Shown here: in pieces, positions 17,524 through 25,957 of the stretch
How positions within the stretch are numbered: position 1 is the first letter of the stretch
Layout: each line of letters opens with the position of its first letter
Origin: an uncultured Chloroflexia bacterium
Lineage (GTDB): Bacteria; Chloroflexota; Limnocylindria; Limnocylindrales; CSP1-4
NCBI GenBank assembly: GCA_963721655.1
Contig: CAVRKH010000008.1
Location: 1,026-65,025, forward strand
Length of the DNA stretch: 64,000 nucleotides
Direction of reading: 5' to 3'
Position numbers and translations under genes: made by a program
The notes under the pieces: generated by a model
Told to the model about the DNA's origin: nothing
Databases searched by the model: none
Seen by the model: only the letters and a program-made list of their open reading frames with translations

Positions 17524-17907
17524 CGCAGTACAAGCTCCTCAATGCTCTTGCGATCACCGTCGGCTTCGTCCTCGCGGGCTGCTTCGCGAGATTCCGCAGT
17601 CGGTCCCTGCACCCTTCAGATCGAGGCCAATGAGAATGGGCACCGCGTCCTGGAGCCGCCCTACAGTGTTCGCCTGGGACCGGGCAGCGACCCCACCGTC
17701 CTGTACGTCTCCGGGACAGGCTGGATGCAAGCGAGCATCGTCTTCCGACATAGCTCTGGCTACGAGAACAGCTGGCAGCTAACTCGGCACGACATCACCG
17801 GGAACACCACGGGCTTCCCTGTCAACCGGCCCGGGCAGTGGCAGGTTCGAATGTCCGACCCGGTCAGCGGGTGTGTGCAAGAGTTTGCCGTCGAGGTAGT
17901 TGAATGA
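17520..17907 (+). pseudogene. small lipoprotein, lipobox out of frame with mature part
   Basis: TTG 17520 frame gives LTQYKLLNALAITVGFVLAGC. The mature part is ORF 17542..17907 (..DSAVGPCTLQIEANENG..). Frame change near 17585-17600. Confidence 0.45.
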
Positions 17908-17960
17908 CCGACCCCGCGAAGCGCAGGCGTGCCATTGCCCGGCGACGCAGTTCTCCCGAG
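17904..17960 (+). repeat. intergenic mini-ORF repeat, copy 7 (no hairpin)
   Basis: ATGACCGACCCCGCGAAGCGCAGGCGTGCC... The ATG 17904 overlaps the TGA 17905-17907 of the upstream gene. The mini-ORF is 48 codons. Confidence 0.75.
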
Positions 17961-18204
17961 GCCGTCCGCCGCAACGCGTATTGGCGGATGTTCGGGATGC
18001 GGCCTCGCGTTCCTCGCATTGGGCGTGGCGATCATTTCATGGCGTCCTGATCCGCAGGGTTCGCAACGCTCGAACGAGCGTCCGTGGCGACGAGTGACCT
18101 TGTTGCCCTGGCCTCACACCCCCGGGTTCGCTAGCTCCCCGGCGAGGATGCTGTACGATTCCCGTCCTTCACGGGGAAGAATCGCGCCGAGCTGGAGGAC
18201 CCCA

Positions 18205-20057
18205 ATGTCCAGCCTTCGTGACCGCACATCTCGCTTCGGCGTCCTGGCGGCCCTTGGTGCCACGTTCGCTCTTGGCGCGTCGACCGTGCTGGCGTCGTCG
18301 CCAGGCGTCGACGTTCGGCTCTCGAACGACTTCCCGGACGGCGGCTACGTGAGCGCCGACGACATCGCCGGGCTTCCGCATTACTCCGACGACACGCTCG
18401 ACGAATGCTCGCGCGCCCGAGGGCGCCAGAACGAACCCGCCCTCGCGATCAATCCGCGCGACAGCCGGGTCATGATCGGATCCGCGAACGATTACTGCGG
18501 AACGTTCAACGACGGCGATGACGACGACGGAGCGCCAATCGCGTCCGGCCCCATCTGGCTCGGCTACTACCGCTCCGAGAACGCGGGCGAATCCTTCGTC
18601 AGCTCGCTGGTCCCGGGATATCCGGGCGACACGTCGACCCTGGGCCAGTTGGCCAGGATTCGAACGGCGAGCGCCGGCGATCCAGTCGCCGCGTGGGACG
18701 CCGACGGCCGCGTGTTCATGGGCGCCGAATCGAGCGACGACCCCGCCGGCTCGAAGAAGACGTTCGGCGACGAGTGGGTCGCCAGATACGTCAATCCCGA
18801 CGGACCCGATGGCGACACCATCAACGACGGCAGCCGCTTCGCCGGCTCGGTCGTGGTCGCCAAGGGGTCCTCCGCGCCGAACCTGCTCGGCAAGTTCCAC
18901 GACAAGACGGCGATCGAAGCCGACCGCACGGACACCTCGTGCCGCGGCAACGTGTACTTCGCGTGGTCGCGCTTCACGGGCAACGGCGACACGGCGGGTG
19001 GGCATCTACTTTGTCCGCTCGACCGATCACGGCGTCACGTTCTCGCAGCCGATGAAGCTGACCGCTGGCGTGCACGACGTCCAGCTGCCCGAGATCTCGA
19101 TCACCGGCAACGGCCACGTGTACGTGACCTACCGACAAATCGAGGACAGCGGCCACCAGGTCGACAGCGTCGGGGTCGTGAAGTCGACCGACTGCGGCAA
19201 GACCTTCTCGAGGCCGGCGACGATCACGAACGTCGCCGCCATGGGCCTGACCGACGCCCTGCTCGGGGGCGGCAACGCCCGCGACTGCGGGGACGGGGTC
19301 GGGACCGGCTGCGAGAGCGGGTACACCTTCTTCCGCGCCGACACCGGTCCGCGCGCCACCGCCGACCAGGCCGACACCAATCATGAATGGGTCTACGTGG
19401 CCTACGAGGCGATCGTCCCGGGCACGGAGGTCGACACGGGCACGACCTTCGGCTGGGCAGACGAGCAGGGTGCCGGTGGCCAGTCGGCCGTCTACTACGT
19501 TCGATACGACGGCGCGGCGAACACCCACACGACGCCTGAACGCATCTCGCCCATCAGTGACGGCCAGCAGCTGTACCCGGACCTCGCCGTCGACGACGGC
19601 GTCGTCCATGCGCTCTGGTGGGACACCCGAAACGACGCGAACAACGACGCCACGTCGATGCTCGTGCGACCGCCAGGCAACGACGCGGACGGCAACGTCG
19701 GGCCGTCGTTCGACGTGTACGCGGCCACCCGGCCCACGGACGGTGGCTCGTGGACATCCGACGTGCAACTGACCGACTTCACCTCCAATGGCCAGTGGGA
19801 GCAGTTCGGGGGCCGGACGGTCCCGTTCGGTGGCGACTACCTGCTGGATCGATTCGCAGGACGGCACGACGTTTGGGACGTGGACGGATTGGCGGAACAC
19901 GGTCCCCGGCACCGACCTTCGCGAGGAGGAGGAGGACGAGACCGGGGCGGACGTGCTCCAGTGTCGGTTCGACACGGGTGACGGCGTCATCTCCGGCGAC
20001 ACGTGTCCGCGAGACGGCGGGCTCGACCAGGACATCTACGGCGACGCCGCGCCGTAG
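18205..20057 (+). pseudogene. secreted BNR/Asp-box (sialidase-fold-like) protein, two frame changes
   Basis: Signal peptide MSSLRDRTSRFGVLAALGATFALGAS (ORF 17929 frame). Asp-boxes STDHGVTF and STDCGKTF (ORF 18518 frame). C-terminus lies in ORF 19788..20057. Breaks near 18985-18995 and 19840-19850. Confidence 0.6.
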
Positions 20058-20117
20058 TCACCGAGCTACGGATCGCTGAGGCCCGCAGCAGCACGGACGT
20101 TGCGTCGTTCACGGTTC

Positions 20118-20209
20118 TGGGCCGTGCCCTGTCCGCCATGACCGATGACGTGGCGAGGCGTGGGCGTGCCGCGCTCCAGGGTCTTTCTTCCGGGGTCGCG
20201 AGCGGCTAG
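20118..20209 (+). repeat. intergenic hairpin plus mini-ORF repeat, copy 8
   Basis: GGGCCGTGCCCTGTCCGCC-ATGACCGATGACGTGGCGAGGCGTGGGCGTGCCGCGCTCCAGGGTC... The mini-ORF is 23 codons (ATG 20138). Confidence 0.7.
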
Positions 20210-20354
20210 ACTTCCGCGACCCAGAGGAGGGCACCGGAGCCGCGCGGGGGACGTTTCCCAGCAGCGCGACAAGCCGTCACGGTCGCCGGTCGCGCTGGGC
20301 CAATGGCGAGACCGATCCTCGGGAGTTGGGCGTGCGCGCCCAGGGAGGTGTCAA

Positions 20355-20790
20355 GTGAAGCGCCTTTCATTGGTTCTCGGCGCCCTGCTGCTCGGGCTGT
20401 TCGTGGCTGCTCCGACCGGTCCAGGCTGCTCCGGCAGCGACGGCGTTTACCGGGGAATGGATCGGCGAGGATCCTGCGCCGCCCGACGGCGATGGCAGTA
20501 CCGTCCATCTCTTCGTCTCCGGGGGCGACCACCCGCGGGTCGAGTTCACCGACGAGTTCGGCACGGTCTGCGAGGACGTCGGGTCGCCCGTCACCGTCTT
20601 CTCGAGCATGCTTCGGGGATTCGTCGATGGCGACACGCTGTTCGCTCTGTTCAACGTCGCGAAGTGCGGTCCTGTGACGATCAAATTCCTGACCGGAGAG
20701 CAGGCGATCTGGACCCTCGACGACCAGGGGAATGCCGATCCAGCGGACGACACGCTCTTTGACGGAAGCGTCGTCTGGCATCGGGTGTAG
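20355..20790 (+). pseudogene. small lipoprotein, lipobox out of frame with mature part
   Basis: GTG 20355 after GGGAGG gives VKRLSLVLGALLLGLFVAAPTGPGC. The mature part (TGEWIGEDPAPPDGDGSTVHLFVSGG.. to ORF 20608..20790) is in another frame. Break near 20440-20450. Confidence 0.5.
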
Positions 20791-20842
20791 AGCCTCCTCG
20801 ACTCTCGGTCCCGGACTCGCGACCCCGGGTCGCGCGGCTCAC

Positions 20843-20885
20843 GGCCCCGGCTTCGGTCGGGGCCGTACCGCGTCGAAGCGCGTGA
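20843..20885 (+). repeat. intergenic hairpin repeat, copy 9 (internally deleted)
   Basis: GGCCCCGGCTTCGGTCGGGGCC-GTACC-GCGTCGAAGCGCGTGA. Confidence 0.65.
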
Positions 20886-21085
20886 CTACCCCAGGCAGCC
20901 TCGATGAGATCGAGCAGAAGCGCGAGGTGACGCTGCCCAGAGACGCCTCGCACTCGACCGGCAGCCGGATCGCCTGCCGCACCGTGCTCGAACGCAGCAA
21001 CATGTCGCGCGTCGGTCTGCATGGTTGATGTGTAGGAACCAGCTCCTGGATCGATCAGGCTGTCTGTATCCAGGAGGACGAGCAC

Positions 21086-21196
21086 ATGAACGAAATGGAC
21101 CGCTTCAGGTTCAATGTCAGTTGGTATCTCTACAAGTTGCGAGCGTGGTGGCGTGATGCCAAGGCTGTGAAGACGCCGCCTCCGCCGCTTCGTTAG
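21086..21196 (+). CDS. possible 36-codon small protein
   Basis: AGGAGGA lies 7 nt before ATG 21086. Peptide is MNEMDRFRFNVSWYLYKLRAWWRDAKAVKTPPPPLR. Locally lower GC, followed by a GC hairpin. Too short for the ORF track. Confidence 0.35.
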   Translation: MNEMDRFRFNVSWYLYKLRAWWRDAKAVKTPPPPLR

Positions 21197-21221
21197 GCCG
21201 CCGCTGGGAATCGCGGCGGCC
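21196..21221. terminator. GC-rich hairpin between convergent genes (terminator-like, no clear U-tract)
   Basis: GGCCGCCGC-TGGGAATC-GCGGCGGCC. Confidence 0.3.
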
Positions 21222-21231
21222 TTCGGGAGGG

Positions 21232-21589
21232 CTAGCCTTCGGCAGCTCGCTCGGCGGCCTGGCGATATCGGTCGTGCGCTGCCGCTTCCTCGACATCCGC
21301 GATCGCCGAGGCGCGACGTCGTATCGGCGGAGTCAATGCGAGCCGCTTCCACCGCGAGCCGCGATGCCGTTGCCGTCTTGGTCGCGGACGACTCTGCCAG
21401 CTTTGACGACTCAAGGGCCGCCCTGGCGGCCGTTGCAGTTGCCATCGCAGCAGTGGCCGCCTCCTCGGCGGCAGCCGCCGCGGTCTCCGCTGCCAGCCGC
21501 CCACGGCGAGCGACGGCAGCCGAGCGCTCGGCCTCGCGCCACCCGTTGAGCGCACTCGCAGTGCTGAGCGTCTCGTCTTCGTCCGTCAT
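21232..21589 (-). pseudogene. Ala-rich coiled-coil protein (paralogue of 63282..63683), one frame change
   Basis: ATG 21589 after GAGGAGAGG gives MTDEDETLSTASALNGWREAERSAAVA... The C-terminus ..ASAIADVEEAAAHDRYRQAAERAAEG* is in the frame of ORF 21232..21555. Break near 21310-21330. Confidence 0.45.
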
Positions 21590-21653
21590 GCCCTCTCCTC
21601 GGTAAGACCTCGGGATGAGGCCATTCGACACGCAAGGGTACGCCCCTATGTGC

Positions 21654-22316
21654 TCAGGGGCGAACTTCGTCGAGAAGCGCGCCGGCCGCGTCGTAGCCGC
21701 GCACCACGACGTCCGGCGGCGGGCCCGGATCTCCGAGACTGGCCCGGCGGCACGTTGGAAGGCCACCATCCGGCGAACCAGCCGTTCTCGAGCGTGGCGA
21801 GGATCGGCGGGACCACCGACGGGCTCGATCTCGACCGATGCGATGCCCGGTCCGGCACGGCCGATCACCGACCATCCCTGGACCTTCAGGCTGCCGCCGC
21901 CGATGGACCCGACCTGGGCTTCCGCGAGCTCGGTCGCTTCGATTGGTGCCAGCTGCTCGACGCCGTTTCCATCCAACCGCCGCCTGCGCCGTTGATCTGT
22001 CCGGCGGCAGTGATCTCCAGCGCGTCGCACGTGCCAGCTCCCTGGCCGACCATGCGCACCACGGCGACCGCTCCGCCACGAACGTCGACGAGCGCCGCGA
22101 CGCTTGCCGGGCCCTAGCTCCATGTCGCGGCGACAGCCTTGTTCGACGCGGCTGCGCAGGGCCGGCTCGAGAACGAACGGCCGCGGCTGCCACGGGCCGA
22201 TGAGCTGCTGCAGGGACGCCGGGGCCGGCCCGCACGGCGAATGGGGTGTCTTCTCCTCCGCAGGCGGCAGCGAGGAGCAGCCCGACGGCGAGGATCGCGA
22301 GCGGGACGCGAGCCAT
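21654..22316 (-). pseudogene. lipoprotein, at least four frame changes
   Basis: MARVPLAILAVGLLLAAAC carries the lipobox. Protein-like stretches then alternate between all three minus frames: SLQQLIGPWQPRPFVLEPAL, GPASVAALVDVRGGAVAVVRMVGQ, VEQLAPIEATELAEAQVGSIGGGSLKVQGWSV, PILATLENGWFAGWWPSNVPPGQ, DVVVRGYDAAGALLDEVRP*. Confidence 0.5.
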
Positions 22317-22561
22317 GGCCCCTCCGAGATGGATGCCGCCGCACGATACGCCCTCGTCGGCGTCAGATTGACAGGTTGTGCGGGCGTCGGCCCGCCCTAT
22401 GCTCTCGCCGTGACGATGGAGCCAGCGTCCGCCCGAGGACGACGACGCCACCGGGAGTCCCGGGGAGGCGCCTCCCGAACCCGTCACCGATGCGCGGCCC
22501 GCGCCGCTGCCCTGGGAGCACACGGTCGAAGCCGCACCATCCGTCACGCTCGAGCCGCAGG

Positions 22562-23132
22562 ATGTCGACCCAGGCGGCCGAGGTCCCCTGGACCCAGGCC
22601 GAAGACCACGCTCGCGACGTCCCGGGCGCGCCGGGGCTGATCTACGCCGGCGTCCTGCCACGGAGCCTGGCGTGGTTCGTCGACGGGTTCGTCATCGCCC
22701 TCCTCTCGCTCGTGATCCTCGGCGTCCTGATCGCCCTGATCGTCGGCACGCCAGAGCAGGGCGATACGACCCTGAGCACGATCACGTGGGTCGGGATCGC
22801 GGTCATTGCCGCGGTGTACTTCATCGTGTTCTGGACCGGCCGCAAGCGGGCGACGCCGGGCATGCGGCTGCTCAGCCTGCAGGTCGGCAACGTCGAGACG
22901 GGCGCCACCCTGACGCCGGACCAGGCCGCGATTCGGGTCGCTGCGCTCGGCATCGTGATCTGGCCGCTCGTTGCCGTGCCCACGATCGGCGTCGTCGGGG
23001 GTTTCGCGTTGTTCGTCTGGCCGCTCGTGCTGCTTGCCTCGACGGCGCCTGAACGCCCGCCGGCGGGGCATCCACGACCGGATTGCCGGGACCGCCGTGG
23101 TTCAGCCGGGTGGGGCAACGTCGTCGTCCTGA
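22562..23132 (+). pseudogene. RDD family membrane protein, one frame change near the C-terminus
   Basis: ATG 22562 in ORF 22139..23287 (..YAGVLPRSLAWFVDGFVI..). The expected ending RGIHDRIAGTAVVQPGG.. is in another frame. Break near 23050-23065. Confidence 0.6.
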
Positions 23133-23346
23133 ACCGGAACGCATCCGGAACTGGCGTTTTGACGTATCTCCATGTGTCCGGGTCAGATCCGGCCGACCAT
23201 CGCACCCTCCTGGGGGTTCGGGATCCCGCGGCAATCCCTCTGCCGCGGGGTCCCGACGTCTCGACCGTCGGTACACTCGACGCGTGACAACGAGCGAGCG
23301 CGCGGCAGGATTGCCGACCGAAGGCCAGTTGACCGGCCTCGGGGAC

Positions 23347-24815
23347 ATGGACCCCGACGAGTTCCGCGCCGCGGCGCACGCGGTCGTCGACCTCATGGCC
23401 GACTATCTCGAAACGGTCGACGCGCGGCCGGTCCTGCCGCCGATCGAGCCCGGTAGCCTGCGCGGCCGATTTCCCGAGACCGCGCCCGAGGATCCGGAGG
23501 CGCTGGACGCGATCCTCGCCGACTACGGCAGGCTGGTCGAGCCGAACGCGACCCACTGGCAGCACCCGGGCTTCATGGCCTATTTCGCCTCGACGGCCTC
23601 CGGGCCCGGGATCCTCGGCGAGATGCTCACCGCGGCACTCAACCAGAACCCGATGCTGTGGCGCACGTCGCCGATCGGGACGGAGCTCGAGGGCGTGGTC
23701 GTCGACTGGCTCCGGCAGGGCGGTCGGGCTTCCGGAGGGGTTCGATGGCCTGCTGACCGATACCGCCTCCACCTCGACGCTCATCGCACTCGCGGCGGCG
23801 CGCGAGGCGGCCGGAGTCGATGCGTCGGCCGAGGGCCTTCCGGCACGGCGCGACGTGCCGCCGCTCCGTGTCTACGCCTCGGCCGAGGCCCACAGTTCGG
23901 TCGAGAAGGCGTGCATGACGCTCGGGCTCGGCCGTGCGTCGCTGGTGCGGATCCCGGTCGACGAGCGGTTCGCGCTCCGCCCGGAGTCGCTCGAGGCCGC
24001 GATCGAGGCCGATCGGGCCGCGGGCCGCCTGCCGATCGCGATCGTGGCGACGGTCGGGACGACGTCGTCGACATCGGTCGACCCCGTCGCCGCCATGGCC
24101 GACATCGCCGAACGCGAGCGGACGTGGCTCCACGTCGATGCGGCGTATGCGGGCGCGGTCGCGCTGGTGCCCGAGCTGCGGGCACCGTTCGAAGGCTGGG
24201 AGCGCGCCAATTCGATCGTGGTCAATCCGCACAAGTGGCTGTTCACGCCGCTCGACGCATCGCTGCTGCTCACGCGCCGCATGGACCGGCTCGCCGCGGC
24301 GTTCAGCCTCCATCCCGAGTACCTGCGGACGCTCGACCGCGTCGCGCCGGTCCGCGACTACACGGATTACACGCCCCAGCTCGGTCGGCGCATGCGCGCG
24401 CTGAAGCTGTGGATCCAGCTGCGCTGGTTCGGCCTGGAGGGAATCCGCCGGCGGATCCGCCATCACCTCGAGCTCGCGGCCCGACTTGCGGCGGAGGTCG
24501 AGGCCAACCCCGACTGGGAGCTGCTGGCGCCCGTCCCGTTCTCGACCGTCTGTCTTCGATGGCGACCGGCGCGCCTCGTGGGCAGGGAGCGGGACGCGAC
24601 GGTTGCCGCCGCGCTGGATGCGCGCGAACGCCGCGATCATGGATGCGGTGAACCGCTCCGGGGAGGCGTTCCTGTCGCATACGCGCCTCGACGGCCGGTT
24701 CACGATCCGCGTCGCGATCGGCAACCCGCGGACGCAGGGGCGCCACGTCGAGCGCGTCTGGGAGCTGCTCCGCGAGGCCGCGGCGACGGTCGAGGCGACA
24801 ACGGCCCTGCCGTGA
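23347..24815 (+). pseudogene. group II pyridoxal-phosphate-dependent (aromatic amino acid type) decarboxylase, two frame changes
   Basis: N-part HWQHPGFMAYFAS is in ORF 23083..24651. The middle with NPHKWLFTPLDAS is in ORF 23855..25399. The C-end ..AIMDAVNRSGEAFLSHTRLDGRFTIRVAIGNP.. is in ORF 24486..24815. Breaks near 23715-23720 and 24600-24625. Confidence 0.7.
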
Positions 24816-25399
24816 GTCCGGCGCCCACCCCGCACGACGTCATCTTCTTCGCGAGCCCGGACGAGCTCCGCGCGTGGTTCGAGGAGCACCATGCCGAGGC
24901 CGACGAGCTGTGGGTCGGCTACCACCGCAAGGCCACCGGCCGGCCGACGATCACGTGGCCGCAGGCCGTCGACGAGGCGCTGTGCGTCGGCTGGATCGAC
25001 GGGGTGCGTTACCGCCTCGACGAGGAGCGTCACGCCCAGCGCTTCACGCCCCGCCGCAAGGGAAGCATCTGGAGTGCCGTCAACACGAAGCGCGCCCAGG
25101 AGCTGATCGACGAGGGACGCATGGGCCCGGCCGGACGGAAGGCGTTCGAAGCGCGGTCCGAGGAGCGGACGGCGGTCTACTCGTACGAGCGGGCGACGGC
25201 CGCGTTCAGCGACGACCAGCAGCAGCGCTTCGAGGCGGACGCGGCGGCCTGGGCCTTCTGGGAGGCGCAGCCGCCGTCGTATCGCCGCGCCATCACGCAC
25301 TGGGTGTCGAGCGCGAAGCGCGAGGAGACCCGCGAGCGACGGTTCCTGAAGCTGCTCGAGGACTCCCGGGCGGGGCGGAGGACCGGCCCCTTCGCCTGA
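24812..25399 (+). CDS. YdeI/OmpD-associated family protein
   Basis: GTG 24812 overlaps the TGA of the decarboxylase frame. FFASPDELRAWFEEHHAEADELWVGYHRK.. is typical of YdeI. Confidence 0.7.
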   Translation: MSPAPTPHDVIFFASPDELRAWFEEHHAEADELWVGYHRKATGRPTITWPQAVDEALCVGWIDGVRYRLDEERHAQRFTPRRKGSIWSAVNTKRAQELIDEGRMGPAGRKAFEARSEERTAVYSYERATAAFSDDQQQRFEADAAAWAFWEAQPPSYRRAITHWVSSAKREETRERRFLKLLEDSRAGRRTGPFA

Positions 25400-25413
25400 G
25401 ACCCGCGCTCGGC

Positions 25414-25933
25414 CTACCAGAGGCGGGGGCGGCCGAACCTCGATCGGGACGGTGCCGGCCGTGTCGCCGTGGCAGTCCGGCCGGGATAGGCGGCCGGCCG
25501 TCGCGCGAGCTCCGTGTAGATCTCCTGGCGGAACGTGAGCCCCGCGGGCGCCCGAGCGAGCCACTCGAGGTAGTCCGGGTCGTGCGCCGCGAGCTCACTG
25601 ACCGTCCAGCCGGCGTAGCGCCCGAAGCGAGAGCGTGCGCCCGCGCGGGTCGACGCCCCGGCGGGCTGCAGCAGCGGAGATCGGTCCGGTCGGCGCGGGC
25701 GGCGGCGTGCTGCCATGCCCCGCGGGCCGTTGCGTAATTCGTCGCGTGGCGTCGTACGCCAGGCGCGTTTCGTCCCGCCCGAGGACGCTCCACGCCTCGT
25801 TGAGCGCGGCCATCTTCGACCCGTCGCCCCCGAAGTCCGGGTGGTGGCGGCGGGCGAGGTCGCGGTAGGCGGCCTGGATCGCGGATCGGTTCGCGTCGGG
25901 TGAAACGCCGAGGACGGCATAATGGTCGGCCAT
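25414..25933 (-). pseudogene. J-domain (DnaJ-like) protein, one frame change
   Basis: MADHYAVLGVSPDANRSAIQAAYRDLARRHHPD is in ORF 25595..26242. The C-part FGRYAGWTVSELAAHDPDYLEWLARAPAG.. is in ORF 25414..25959. Break around 25640-25700. Confidence 0.6.
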
Positions 25934-25957
25934 TGCCCTTTGAGTCTTGGGGTGGCC

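Noticed and set aside
17449-20885. Integron or CALIN (attC array) interpretation of the repeat-gene-repeat array.
   Set aside because: There is no intI-like gene in the window. The repeats are conserved in primary sequence rather than only in structure. I see no R''/R' GTTRRRY-type cores, and the copies in the 5-9 kb island occur in both orientations.
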